From Macrostomum lignano (lineage: Eukaryota), in the NCBI GenBank assembly GCA_002269645.1, contig NIVC01001760.1:5277-69276 (forward strand): a stretch of DNA of 64,000 nt, given 5' to 3'. Positions 1-13,695 of the stretch are shown here, in pieces. The position numbers were made by a program, and so were the translations under genes. Positions within the stretch are counted from its first letter, which is position 1. Each line of letters starts with the position of its first letter. Under the pieces are notes generated by a model. That model worked only from the letters and a program-made list of their open reading frames with translations, ran no database searches and had not been told where the DNA came from.

Positions 1-204
1 GGAGAGGGGAGAGGGGAGAGGAGGGAGGAGAGGAGAGAGGAGAGGGGAGAGGAGAGAGGAGAGAGGAGAGGAGAGGGGAGACGAGAGGAGAGGGGATAGG
101 AGAGCTGAGAAGAGACCTTGAGCGGGCCGGGTTGCTATTCCAAAGTTTCAAAGGACCGAGGGCCGGATAGAGAGGCTTGGCGAGCCGGAGTTTGCCGACC
201 CTAG
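1..204 (+). mobile_element. Right-hand part of a hAT-like MITE (same family as 3684-3907), GA-rich interior
   Basis: 100-204 (GAGCTGAGAAG..CCTTGAGCGGGCCGG..GCCGGATAGAGAGG..AGTTTGCCGACCCTAG) matches 3797-3907 and ends in a degenerate TIR. Confidence 0.6.
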
Positions 205-1129
205 CACTAAATGGACTGTATAACCTGCTGATTCTGGACTTTCGTATTCCGAAAAACTCTCCTTATTACTCGTGTAGCTACCCGATCCCTTTATCAATTT
301 AGCGTGTGACTTAGACATAGGTGAGAATGCGCTACTTGAAATGAACCGCAAGTCCGGCAGTTTCCACTCCAATTACTACTAGCTGGTAGTCCATGAGTCT
401 CGACTACATTAAAAATCTATTCTTTCCCACAAGCGGCTCTATAATGCCCGACCCCTCCAGCGGACCCCGGCAATAATTCAAGCGTCAAATGCATATTCAA
501 ACGCGGTGGCGGCGGCAGTGCATGCTGGTAGAGAAACGGCCCGTTTCCTTCTTGCCCGCCAGTCCCCTTTCAGACTTGATCCTGCTCATAAATATACTCT
601 TCCTTTCAAATTCACAAGCAAGCTGCTCAACCTCCACTCCAACTCTCTATTGTCCAGTCTCGGGCGGGTCTCTGCTTAGAAGAGATCTGCTCTTCTCCCC
701 CCTGTCTGGTAGTCTGGTAACTCCTCTCCCCTCCCCTTGCTCAGCCGTTTTGTTCCCAGGTTCCGAGGGTTGGACAGCCGGGTTTCCAGTTCCTTCAGTC
801 GGTTGGAGCTTTTCAATTGATATTGATACGGTTATGGGCAGGGCTAGACTATATATAATAATGCATAGGTCTCAGTTCATACATACTGTGTATTGTATAA
901 GGGAAAGCGGCGAAGTGTCATCCCGGCACCGGCATAGGCATTTAGTTCTACATCTATCTATTATCCTAGCCAGGGAGTAACGGGATATAAAAAGCTAAAC
1001 TATTAATATCATCACCGGCTTTCATAAACTGCTTTTTCACACCGAATGTGAATTTGGGGAGTGTGAATTTGAGGAGTGTGAATTGGGGGATGTGAAACAG
1101 CCTCCCTAAGCTTCATCACGACTCACGAC

Positions 1130-2232
1130 CCACTGAGGGTAGACACTCCACTGAGGGGGTAGACACTCCACTGAGGGGGTAGACACTCGACTGAGGGGGT
1201 AGACACTCGACTGAGGGTAGACACTCCACTGAGGGTGGACACTCCACTGAGGGTAGACACTCCACTGAGGGTAGACACTCCACTGAGGGTAGACACTCCA
1301 CTGAGGGTGGACACTCCACTGAGGGTGGACACTCCACTGAGGGTAGACACTCCACTGAGGGTAGACACTCCACTGAGGGTAGACACTCCACTGAGGGTGG
1401 ACACTCCACTGAGGGTAGACACTCCACTTAGGGTAGACACTCCACTGAAGGTAGACACTCCACTTAGGGTGGACACTCCACTTAGGGTGGACACTCCACT
1501 TAGGGTGGACACTCCACTGAAGGTAGACACTCCACTGAGGGGTAGACACTCCACTGAGGGGGTAGACACTCCACTGAGGGGGTAGACACTCGACTGAGGG
1601 TAGACACTCCACTGAGGGTAGACACTCCACTGAGGGTGGACACTCGACCGAGGGTGGACACTCCACAGAGGGTGGACACTCCACAGAGGGTGGACACTCC
1701 ACTGAGGGTAGACACTCCACAGAGGGTGGACACTCCACTGAGGGTAGACACTCCACTGAGGGTAGACACTCGACTGAGGGTAGACACTCCACTGAGGGTA
1801 GACACTCGACTGAGGGTAGACACTCGACTGAGGGTAGACACTCCACTGAGGGTAGACACTCGACTGAGGGTAGACACTCCACTGAGGGTAGACACTCCAC
1901 TGAGGGGGTAGACACTCCACTTAGGGTGGACACTCCACTTAGGGTGGACACTCCACTGAAGGTAGACACTCCACTGAGGGTAGACACTCCACAGAGGGTG
2001 ACACTCCACTGAGGGTAGACACTCCACTGAGGGTGGACACTCGACCGAGGGTGGACACTCCACTGAGGGTGGACACTCCACTGAGGGTAGACACTCGACT
2101 GAGGGTAGACACTCCACTGAGGGTAGACACTCCACTGAGGGTAGACACTCCACTGAGGGTAGACACTCCACTGAGGGTAGACACTCCACTGAAGGTGGAC
2201 AGGACACTCCACTGAGGGTAGACTCCACTGAG
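1130..2232. repeat. 18-bp minisatellite (CACTGAGGGTAGACACTC)n
   Basis: Direct tandem units; explains the spurious VDTPLR/SVECLP ORFs. Confidence 0.97.
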
Positions 2233-3683
2233 GATAGAGACTCCACCGAAGGAAGAGACAGCAGAGGAAGGCAGAGATTCTTCCAATGGTTATAGGTAGA
2301 GACCACCTGACATTGTCTAGTTGCCTAGGGCAAAAAGCTGTTTTGATAGTACTCTGGGAAGATCTAGACTCTAGAGTGGGCTGTTGATGGCGGCGCCGGC
2401 TCGAGGCTGCGAAATCCAAGAGTAGAGCAGAGATCATTAGGAAGCGCGGCGTCGTTGAAACTTGGAAAACTCGAGCTGAGAGGAATCTTGAAAAAAGGTA
2501 TAATGGGAGAGCAATCTCTATGGTCTCATTGGCTTGGCTAATTTGTTCGCTCGCGCAGCGCACGATTGCCAAGGCCTGGAAATCCGGGTCTATGGTCTAC
2601 TTTTTGTCGCCAACCTCTTCTTATGCTCTCGGACCTCTTGAGAAGCCGGCCGACCACGAGCTCATCCACCAATTTATCCATCCATTGCACCTCACATTCG
2701 AGTGGCGCCTGCCTTGGTGGGGTGTCACACGGCCGAACACCTTTTTACTCGAGTCTATGAAACTGTTCCAGCCTAATTAGGCCTCAAGCTACCGCATCGA
2801 GCCGGCTCGCAGACACTTGGCCAAGTAAAATGATCATTGAACTCTTCAAAAGTATTAGTTAGACTCCAACTTGTGTGTCGCCGTGGAACTGCAACGAATG
2901 AGGGAATTTCCTGGCGTAAACGAAGTGGAAAACAACCCTAGACAATTTTTTTCTGTAAAAGCTTATTTGATCCTTCAATCCTATAGTTGCCAAGAAGGGC
3001 TGCTCAATGTGCTCAAGCCCAGTGGATGGCGTTTTAATTGGCATGATGGCGGGTGGGTGCCGAGGGTCTGTGATTTTTCAGCTATACCGGCTTGGAGATT
3101 GTGTTGGAGTTTATGAAGCCAAGTGACTAGGAGAACTATGAAAATTTCTACATCAAACAGGTTTGTTATTGTGCAAAAAACGTACTTTTATGTACTTTCT
3201 AAGTTTACAAAGAAGAAAAACACCTGCAGCCTGACTGGGCAGACATGAAGATTTCCCAGAGTCCAGTAAGTGCTATCATGTTCACGTAAATAACTTCGTT
3301 CATTTATAAGGCCACTCGGTTCGGTTGGGCAGAAAAACAGTTCCGCCAGTAAGTTTACCGCCTTGATTGCTCTTCATCAGTGACATCTATTTTTCCATTC
3401 GGAGCCGAAGAGAATTGCTTTCTCAAGCAGGCCGGTTGTATATCAAGCTCTTTTCTTACTTTCTTTTATCTGTACCAAGAATCTTAGCAGCTCCGAAGAT
3501 CTTCTATTTTCCTCCAGTGGCTTTGCTTTCCTTGACGCAAAGAAGATACCCCCCCCCCGTCCTCCATTTTCCCGAATCCCCAAACGTCTGCTAGGATGCA
3601 ATAACAACCTTTGTATCATATAAAACAGTGCATTACTTAGAGATTTCTTGCTTTTTGAATGCTCAGGCTCAGATACAATATAT

Positions 3684-3907
3684 CAGGGGTTGGCAGATCT
3701 ATCCCCATGACTGCGGGCCAAATGAGGGGAGAGAGGAGATGGAATAGAAAAGAGAGGAGAGGAGAGAAGAGATAGGAGAGAGGAGATTAGAGAAGAGAGC
3801 TGAGAAGCGACACAAACCTTGAGCGGGGCCGGATTGCTATTGTGAAGTTTCAGAGGACCCGAGTGCCGGATAGAGAGGCTCGGTGGGCCGCAGTTTGCCA
3901 ACCCCTG
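3684..3907 (+). mobile_element. hAT-like non-autonomous element (MITE), 224 bp
   Basis: Perfect 12-bp TIRs CAGGGGTTGGCA (3684-3695) / TGCCAACCCCTG (3896-3907); subterminal GCGGCCC/GGGCCGC typical of hAT MITEs; no 8-bp TSD visible. Confidence 0.7.
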
Positions 3908-4590
3908 CATAACAACGCGACCCTGAAATTCGGCTAGCAGGCCACTCATTTGACTGCCAACAAGTTTAGATTAGCGTTAGTGTTTTGGAGTTTAAGGCCA
4001 AGATTAAGATTAAGGCCGGCAGTCAAATGGCTTGATTGGCTGACAATCGTAGTGGCGCAGTCTCGGGGGTCATGGGGATCCCCCCTAAGATGGCCGACCA
4101 TTAATTAAAGTTTGGAATCCTAATTTTTAGGTTTAACACGACTTTAAAAGCAAAAAGTCTAAATGGCTGGAAGATAAATCTGGAATCCATATACTAAAAA
4201 TAAAATCTTGCTTGTTTATACTATAGGGCGACGCTCGCAGCATTCCCACAGATTTCTCGATTCTCTTCTAATATCTGTATGTACATTAACTGTATGTACA
4301 TCCTGATGCGTGAGGCGGCCGTGGGTGGGGGATGAGCAGGGGGGCCCGGCTTAAGGCAGCCGCCTCCTCCACTAGAAACACAATCAATGTACATTGGCGA
4401 CTAGTGTATGTACATTGCACGGCTAAAAATAAGATCTGCGGATTTCTGTTATCTTTTTGTCTCAAAATAAAACTAAGTAAGTAGATATAGTCTAGAGCTT
4501 GCACACCCCAGTTAGTGTGACTGTGAACGAACCTAACTCCCATAATACCTGAACCTGAAGACATTTGACTTCAGTTATTTACCGGTAATT

Positions 4591-4866
4591 CAGGTCTAGG
4601 CAAACTACGGCCCGCGAAGCCTCTCTACCTCTATCCGGCTCTCGGGTGCGTGAAACTTCACAATAGCAATCCGGCCCGCTCAAGGTTTGTGTCTCTTCTC
4701 AGCTCTCTTCTCTTTTCTCCTCTCCTCACCTCTCCCCTCTCATCTCCCATCTCCCCTCTTCTCTATCATCTCCCCTCTCCTCTCTTATATATCCTTTCAT
4801 CTCTCATCTCTCTCATCTCTTATCTCTCCTTTCCTCTCACTGGCTCGCAGTCATGCGCTAGATTTT
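4591..4866 (-). mobile_element. Degenerate inverted copy of the hAT-like MITE
   Basis: Starts CAGGTCTAGGCAAACTACGGCCCGC; 4625-4710 is the reverse complement of 3797-3880; CT-rich interior; ends GGCTCGCAGTCATGCGCTAGAT. Confidence 0.6.
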
Positions 4867-5816
4867 AGATCATGTATTTTGTACTTTGTTCTCAAAATTT
4901 TACGAGTACAAGTAATTAACCCCGAGGGCTAAGTGGCCACCAGTAGATAGGAATTTTACAACCTAATCTAACAATAGCCATCGAGATCATATTTCACTGC
5001 GGGGCTGGCCTACTTGATTAGCACCGGAACAGAAAGTGACAATAATTCTCATTGTTCCCCATGAGACCGCAAGAGCCACTCGGGCGTGTAGACAAAAACT
5101 TCTTTTGCTCTCGCAAAAAATCGGGGTTAAGGGGAGGGACAAAAAACGTTGATCTATCTGTCTATCAATCGATCCTTTTAGAACTATAGAAATCCCCTCC
5201 CCCCACGGCTGATGGGTTCTGAAATTTTCAATTCGATTTCAACTGTGTGGATCTCAGCGGGGCTTTCTCAAATCTTATCTCATCGAGTGATCAGCCCATG
5301 GTCCATGGGGCGCATTATGATGATGTGGCAGACTTGAGCGCTCGGGTGAAAGGGCAAAAAAACTCCGCTTCGAAATTGAATGGGCAAAAACCTGTGTTAA
5401 GGGCGACCTTTGCTCTGCCTCTCTACCTGTCCATCGCCTGTCGCCTGCTCAACCAAAAAATGTTCCAAAAAGGCCTCCCAATCTAATCGATCTCCGTTGC
5501 GCTCGGCTGGGGAGCAGGTGTCTAAGAACTGGGATTCTGCATGGCATCTCGGGACAATACACTGCGGGACTGTGGGATGCAAGGGGGAACGGATGATTTA
5601 TAACAAAATCGGTTCCGCTTCAAGTGATGGATAGAAATTAAACCGTTTCTTTCAGTTCCGGATCAAAGATGGGACTTTCGAATTCCGATTTTGACAATGA
5701 CAGGGATGCTGGATAGGTGATGAAGAAGAGACTGGAAGAGAGATTGGGATAACTCTCGGGCTCACAAACATCGGGGCTCCGAAGTAGTTCTCATTTCGTC
5801 ATTACTTTAACATCCT

Positions 5817-6456
5817 TCTGTCTAACACCCTCTGTCTAACACCCTCTGTCTAACACCCTCTGTCTAACATCTGCACTCTCTGTCTAACACCCTCTGTCTA
5901 ACACCCTCTGTCTAACACCCTCTGTCTAACACCCTCTGTCTAACACCCTCTGTCTAACACCCTCTGTCTAACACCCTCTGTCTAACACCCTCTGTCTAAC
6001 ACCCTCTGTCTAACACCCTCTGTCTAACACCCTCTGTCTAACACCCTCTGTCTAACACCCTCTGTCTAACACCCTCTGTCTAACACCCTCTGTCTAACAC
6101 CCTCTGTCTAACACCCTCTGTCTAACACCCTCTGTCTAACACCCTCTGTCTAACACCCTCTGTCTAACACCCTCTGTCTAACACCCTCTGTCTAACACCC
6201 TCTGTCTAACACCCTCTGTCTAACACCCTCTGTCTAACACCCTCTGTCTAACACCCTCTGTCTAACACCCTCTGTCTAACACCCTCTGTCTAACACCCTC
6301 TGTCTAACACCCTCTGTCTAACACCCTCTGTCTAACACCCTCTGTCTAACACCCTCTGTCTAACACCCTCTGTCTAACACCCTCTGTCTAAAACCCTCTG
6401 TCTAACACTCTCTGTCTAACACCCTCTGTCTAACACCCTCTGTCTAACACTCTCTG
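5817..6456. repeat. 14-bp minisatellite (TCTGTCTAACACCC)n
   Basis: About 45 near-perfect tandem units. Confidence 0.97.
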
Positions 6457-7509
6457 GGTTACCAGGGAGCAATTCTCACGCCAACTAGACTACTCAGCCA
6501 GTCTGCTCAAGCTGCTTAAACTTGATTGGATGGTCCTCTTTCTTTCTCGCTACGGTGGAAAGCAAAGCGAGAGTGAGCAAAGGCCGGGGCTCAGCGAGTC
6601 GCATTTGTGGGGAGGAGGGCTGCTCAAAACCGGGCCCAGCAAGAAAAGACCGTTTCACCGTTGAGCCAATGAGCTGTCAAACTCTCGCTTGGCGTCAGCC
6701 AATGAGTTTGAGACCGGGTGGCTGGGGCAGGGGGTGAAATCAGAATGGAAAGGGAAGCAAGATGAGGCACCGCCCGCCTCAACCCCCCAGCAAAGCCCCC
6801 TGTCTGCTGCTTTCACCCTCCCCAACCTCTCTCTCTCGACTCTCCCAAATATTTAGCTGGACACTTTCAAATCAAGCTAATATAGAATTACCTCCGCCTC
6901 CGCCCCATCACAAAACCAAGGACACCGGTTAAACAACACCGCAGTGAAAGCAAGAAACTTAACAAAAAGCCTAGACTGTAAAACACCTTCACCTTTACTC
7001 AGCTTTCTCTATAATATTGATTTGCAATGCTACTGAAAGACGGCAGCTCAGACTAGTAGCTGACAGGCAAACAGATTAAAAATCACTGTTCTACGGCTTA
7101 ACGCGATACACCCCAGCTCCGCCTATAAATGGTGGTTGGCTCCTACTTTCTTGGTAAGTGAAATAAATACACAGGTATATATATACCTTCAGCCATGCTA
7201 TTCGGTAGGCCCACCTGATTCAAATGTTTGCTTTTCTTCAACTTTTCTTCTCAAAGGAGATCTGCTGCCACCTAACACCCGAAGCACCTGCCATTGCTTG
7301 CTTTTTTCGTTCCTGCTTTAAAGTAACTATGTCATGGGACATGGCCCCTACCATTTTTGCCAGGTGGGGCGGGGGGCAAATCCCCAATTGCAGTTGAGCA
7401 ATAATCTCAACGTCAGGGGCAGCTCCCCCTCCCGCCCCCAACCTTAATTCCGCGGTGCTAAACTGCTTAAGATGATGCTTCATCAACTCAACTCAAACTG
7501 ATTCCGCAG

Positions 7510-7911
7510 CCTCCCAGCAATCGGGTCCAGCTGTGTTGGCGAGTGCCCTGCAGCAGCAGCAGCAACAGCATCAGCAGCATCAGCAGCAGCAGCAGCATCT
7601 TCTCCCAGTCAACAACCTCTCTGCCCGATAGCAGTCCCAGCAACTCCACTCCGCCGCCTCCGCCGGCCTCGCAGCAGCAGCAGCCGAAAGCGGAGCCGCA
7701 TTCGCCAACATCGGCGTCCTCCATTTTTTCATCGTCGTCCTCACCATCAGTGCGCCGTCAGCAGTCGCAGCAGGTGACGCCGACCACCGGGGAAGAGCTG
7801 GAGCGGGCGACCACCTACATTGTGCCCAATCGGCCCGCCTCCCCGGCATCCACCGCTGTCGGACTGCCGAGGAATCTGACAGTGCGCCATTGCTCAGTTG
7901 ACGGTCGGCAG
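7510..7911 (+). CDS. PRDM1: PRDM1/Blimp-1 5' coding exon (zinc-knuckle-like pre-PR region and start of PR domain); 5' boundary uncertain
   Basis: Encodes EELERATTYIVPNRP...GLPRNL, matching PRDM1 EFEEKCTYIVNDHP...SLPRNL; donor CAG|GTAAGA at 7911/7912, phase 0, in frame with the 14491 exon; candidate acceptor TTCCGCAG at 7509. Confidence 0.8.
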
Positions 7912-10900
7912 GTAAGACTACATTTATTAGGTGGCGAGTCTAAATGCGTCATAGTTACTCCCGCCGTTTACCAAAAACTCCTGCTATGCCCTTATCGGAT
8001 TGGAAATAGTTTCCCTGGAGTTAGTTTAACCAAGTTCACAATGTCACGGAGCACTTTGAATTCGCTAACAAAAACAAAGCATGTGATGTCAAGTGACTCT
8101 ATCGTGAGGTAAAGCTTGTTGATTCCATGACCACGTGAGTAACAGGCGGCTTCCTGCCCCGTTTATCCAATCAATTAACCCACCGGTCAGCAAGGCATTG
8201 TGTGTTGACGCAACGGTTCATCCCAGGACTCTGGCAACAATGCCTGGGATTTTTTATGCTAGGGGGGGGGAGTTGGGGACTTAGTGAGACGCTGCCGGGC
8301 GGCACCCGAGAGATCTCATCGCGGCGGCTCTCTCTCTCTCTCTCTCACCCCGCTGGCTCCTGAGCAATGCTGTTGCCCAGGGCTCTAACGGAGAGTTCAG
8401 GTGGGTGTGGGTAGGGGGAAATGAAACCTACCGTCCCCTCAGAAAAGTTATCCCACAGCTTATCGCTATTCTGACCCGTCACGGCATTGAGGCAGCCCTG
8501 CTGCTCTGCCCGCCTGATTGAGAATCAATTTTGCATTCTATAGGGTGGCCGCATGGTTGAATGGTGCATCTCTTTATCATAACTTGAGCTGCTCCAGTGA
8601 GTCAGCCAGGTCCAGCTCTTTCACCTCACTTTGCCGCCAAAGAGGGGGGGTGAATGTACGCTGTTGGCCTCATCATGCATAACAACAGCTTCCTTATTTT
8701 TTCTCGAGACTTTCCTTTCGGTTGAAGATGCCCTGAAGGTTCATACTGTAGTGTACCGGGACTCGGCATTTATGGTCCCTCGGTAGGGGTTCGTGAGCCA
8801 GCTCGCATACAGCCTATCCAACATGAGTGCGTAGTCTTGGCTTCAAACTCATTTATCTTCTGTCTTACTTCTCTCCGCACGCTTAACTTGTTAAACAAAA
8901 AGAGCAAGGTGTGCAGAATTCCAATTTATTTAATTTTGAGAATGCGAGTAGCTGTTCCACAGACAGTATGCAGCTGGGCGCCTCTCGCACACCAAGCCCC
9001 AGCATTTGACACCCTGCCGCTGTGTATCTGGGCGTGTAAAACCGAAACGCTTCTTCTCTAAATCTATTCTTCAATTTGGTAAAGAAATTGTTTAAGATGA
9101 AAAATAGTTGAAAGAGATTGGAACATAGGGGGGTGGGGGCGAACTCAATCGAGGGGGGCGGCGCGGTGCTGCAGGGTGTCAGAGGCCGGTAATTCTCTTT
9201 TCTCTTTACGCTTCTCTCATATTCTGTTTTTTTGAGCCTTTCGGTGGGGGCATGCGACAACAAGCAAGACCACAATGCCCAGCGGTTGGATTTCCACTGG
9301 CGAAAGAGCATCCACTGTAGGCTGCAGCATAATTCAGTTGCAAGGGGGTCGGTCGGTCTGAAGTGGAAGTGAAATAGAAATTGTTCGCCTGCTTTTGCCC
9401 ACTCAGTGGGGGGGGGGCAACGCTCCGTAACAATGGTAGTGCTAGTGATGCGAGTTTGAGTCGAGTAAAATTCTTTTCTCTCTGGGGTACTTTCTTGGTA
9501 ATTACTCTATGCCGTCACGTTGGTTGTCACAACAAGCCTCCAAATTAATGCGGAATCGAACCTATGGTGTCCTTTGGTGCAGTTATACTTTGCTGCTCAC
9601 ATGCAGGCAGTCAGGGAGGCGGCACCAGGTAGGGGTTAATCGGTTAACGATAACGCAGACTGACAATGCTGTACGATCGGAATTGACAAGTGAAGCGTTA
9701 GGTTTTGCAACACAGCTTATTATTAAAAACGTTGCATTGAAAACTGGGTCAAGCTCATAGGCCATAGCACATTGAGCCTCTGTCTTAAAGATGCTCAACT
9801 ACTGATAACACCTGAGCTAGCTAAGCTGAGCAGGATATTATAAATTGCATAATCCTGGCCTACTACAACTGCATAGCTGAGCTCAGAGAGTTGCATCACA
9901 AATTTTCTAGCTAAATATAATTGCACAGGTCTCTGCGCGGGGGAACTGGAATGCCGGTCTATCGCCATCCCACGCATACACTCTCTCCTCTACTGTCCAA
10001 TTCTCCTCTGCTCAGCCCAGAATGCTATATAACTTTCCATCACCTGCCGCCCCAGCAGCAGTTTGTTTCAAAATAGCGCGGCAAGTGGGGGCGATGCAAA
10101 CAGTGAAGTGAAGTGAAATGCCAACCAGCAGCGGAGCTGAGAACCTACCGTCGCAGCCAAATGGACCGACCCGCCAGCAACTGCCGGAGTGAAAGTTCTT
10201 CGTAAATTATTCCGATTGTCTCTGTTGCAGCCAGGGGCGCCGGCCGGCTCCGTGGGTGTGCCAGCAACTAGCAGAGTGAGAGAGGGAGAGGGACGGAGAG
10301 AAAGAGAGAGAGAGAGAGAGAGAGTAGGTCAGGAAGCACAGCGGGACGCCACTCTCCCTGGGGCACCGCAGCGGCGTCCGCCGGCCTAGCAGGTCAGGTC
10401 TCCCGTTGCCCGCCTGCCGAGTGAAAGCTCTCTCTATCGCTATCTCTACCTATCTCTTTTGTTCAAGTTCACTCTCCATTTTCTGCCATTGCGCTGCCAA
10501 CTCTAAAGCTGGTCTCGCTGAATAGTAGTGGGGGCAGGTCACTAGCTCCACTTTCCAATGTTGCATCTGCTGGCTGCCTGACACGGGCTGCTCGCGATGC
10601 AAAGGCCTCTTAAACTGCTTAAAAATTGCGTTGAGGATTGAAGGGAAAAAGTGTGAACAGACACGCTTCAGTTGAACTGTGCGGAACGTTTGAAAGGGAG
10701 AAACTGGAAGCTTTGAGTGGTCTGCTTGCCACGGCTTTTGAGCTGCGTAGTGAAATCTTCAAGTCGCTCTGCTTCTCTGCTTCAGTGAGAGTCTCTGGCA
10801 GCGGGGAGGGAGAAAGTCCTCAAGCTGTTGTGCCGGCCTTTCCCTGCCTGCCCGGGCAGTCTGCAGTTTCTCCCGGCCAGTTCACACATCTGCGGCTGCC

Positions 10901-13695
10901 CTGCTTGCCGTCTGACAAAACTCAGGGACTTCCGACAGGGCAGGCACTCAGCAGCAGCAGCAGCAGCAGCCAGTCCAGTCGCGTCCTGAGCAGGGCGAGA
11001 TGGGGTTGCGATGAGTCTATTGGTTTGATGCAGCCGGCAGAAATCCCAAACTAAGCCGACAATGCCGCCCGAAGGGGATCGCTGATAGACTCTGTCCTGC
11101 AGAGCCGGGAGAAACAACTGCGTGTTGTTGAGAGACATCGGCGGTTGGAAAGGGGCGATGGCTGAAGTGGCGGCCCTGACTGACAATGCCGCTGAGACAA
11201 AGGGCTGCTCCTCCACTCCGCAGCTCTTCTCTGCTCCACACTGCGCGCCTCCCATCAAAAAGAGCCGGACCACGGGAGGGATTCTGTCTCGTCTCTTCCC
11301 ACCTCATCCTCTGTGTTCCGAGTTCGTTCAGCATGAGCCTCATAGCCGAAATCTTAGTTTGGAAAGATTTTTTTGGCCAGTTCTTGACACTCGATAGCTG
11401 GCTTGGCACCGGGAAATCGGGGGATTTTTGAGGAAAAAAATGAGAAATGATTTCAATTCAAAACCATTTGAAAGTTGATCGTCCCGTCGCCTTTGTTTAC
11501 AGTGCAAGCCTGGGCCAAATCGCCTCAAACTTACAGTTTTTAGGCAGCAGCGTCTTTCATTACGACAAGTGGCAGGCCAAGTTGTCACAATGCCATTATT
11601 GCATTCAGGGGGCCATCTTTTGTCACCATCAAATTCCTTGTTAGCGAGGTGAAAGAGTTCAACGCCGGATTTCATGATGAGAGAATGGAAACTAAGAAGG
11701 CTAGTCATCTCCAAGCTTTTGGTGCGACTTCAACCCTCTCAGTTTTCCGTCTGCATCAAAATCTGTGCCCAGCACAGCTGCTGTGTGACTCCAACAAAAC
11801 ACACTGAGTCAATTTTTACTCTCTTTTCATTGTCGATGTGTCAGTCAGCCGGTGAAGAGATGAAGCAAACACGCACAATTTCGCCACTGTACCAATGCCT
11901 ACTGCTTAGCGCCTACTGTCAGGTCAGGTTAGATCAGATACTGCGGCTAATTTCCTAGACCAAATTTGTCCAAGACACTTTAGTCTGAGCCTCAGCCAGT
12001 TAGCAGCGCATATTTGCCTTCTTTTTGTTACTCATTCAGTATTTATTATTGACAGAAAGCTCCGAAATGGCCTATTGTGTGTCAGAGAGGGAGAGAGAGT
12101 GTCTGCATTTCTGGATGCAGCCCGCCGGTGCACAGGGGGCCCGCGAGTTTTCACTTGACCGAACTGGAGTGGCTCTCTAATAATAGCAAATTATAGGGCT
12201 CAGCGACAGCAGCAGCTCAGCTCTCAGCATCTCAACTGGCTGAGTGAAGAATCAAAAACAGTGGCTGGAGAGAGTTGGCAGAATAAACAGTTGGGGGGCT
12301 GAGAAGTGGCGCCTGTTTGCTCTGCTCCCTGCCGCACCATCTCCAGTCATGTTTGACTTGGTCACCGGCTCTACTAACTAACAGTTTGAAAATCTGTGTC
12401 GATCTTTGTTGTTGTTAAAATCAATTCGGTTCCCATATGCCTGCGCAGTTGGATTAAATGAAAACAATGGACTCTCTCGCGCAACACACCTGGTGGAAAT
12501 CGGGGTGGTTTATTTTTATTGGCCCCAATCTGAATCACCCTACCCTACATGGACTTGTTGAGCTCGAGGGCAGCAAGTGACCGGCACCCTTGCCTGTGGG
12601 AGACAGTCCACCAGTCAGTGCGAAATTCGAATTGCACAACAACCCGCCCGACCATTCGGCACTTTACCCGCTGCGCCTGCCGTCGAATTGTTGTTTGTTT
12701 TTGCGAAATTCAACGCGTTTTTTATGACTTTTCCTAGAAAATTAAGTAGCTAAAAATTGCCGTAGGGCTCAAACGACTCCCCCCCTCCGCCAACGCCGTT
12801 TCGTGACGCAAACTGAGCACACGATTGGAGGCTGAATGCGGGCTCAGAAAGGGGTGACAGGGTGATGCAGTGAGACTAATTCCGCGCACTTAACTTTCAT
12901 ATACGGGTAGTTGGGAGGCGAAAGCGTTAGAATTTATTGCGAATCCATTTATTTATATATTTTTTTCGGGCTGGAAACCCGTGAGCTGGGCTAGCGAAGA
13001 GGAAACAGGAAGCCGGGAAGTGAGGAGAACTGCTCGGGGGATGTGGGTGGCCACCACGCGGATGTCCTCCATCCGTGTGGGATCTGTGCTGCCATTGTGA
13101 TCCTCACTGTGCTTTCTCTCTCTCTCTCTCTATACTTTTTCATCGGGCTCAAATTATCCCACCATAACCTTTACCTCGTCCTAGATCCATATTTTTACCT
13201 TCTATCGAGTCGTGCACGTCTGCTCAGTCGGGGCTGACCCTGCGATTGGGGCTGTCACGCATTTTGCTGCCGTGAGCTGCAGCAGCAGCAGCAGAGCAGT
13301 GCTCACTTTGCTTCTTCCGGAAAACACGCAACGATGTGGGTGGGAGAAAAATTGGCGTGTTCCCCTGAGCTAATCAGCTTTGCGCCCACAGAATCCCGCA
13401 TAGCGACAATGGGATGATGAGGGAGCCGATGCTGGCGGGCGGGATTAAGAGGGGAAGAGCCTGATGAGGAATCAGTGCGACTCCTGCCTGTCCCCGTTCT
13501 CATCCGGCCATGTAAACTAAAGATTGATAGGAGTTGGATTAGCTGGGATGCGATCAATGGATTAAATATTGAAAGGGAAATTATGCGAGCTATCAATAAA
13601 TCAAAGATGAGCGCTGGCTTAAATGCTTGAAATTGAGATAAATTTAATCCAATGTTGCAGAATAAGTACAGGAACGGATTATTAGGTATGATAGC

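Noticed and set aside
1106-2572. Long repetitive ORFs on both strands
   Set aside because: By-products of a stop-free 18-bp array.
8000-13600. Short ORFs in the first PRDM1 intron (e.g. 10638-11409)
   Set aside because: No domain signatures or consistent splice/phase support; may contain enhancers, but none can be supported from sequence alone.
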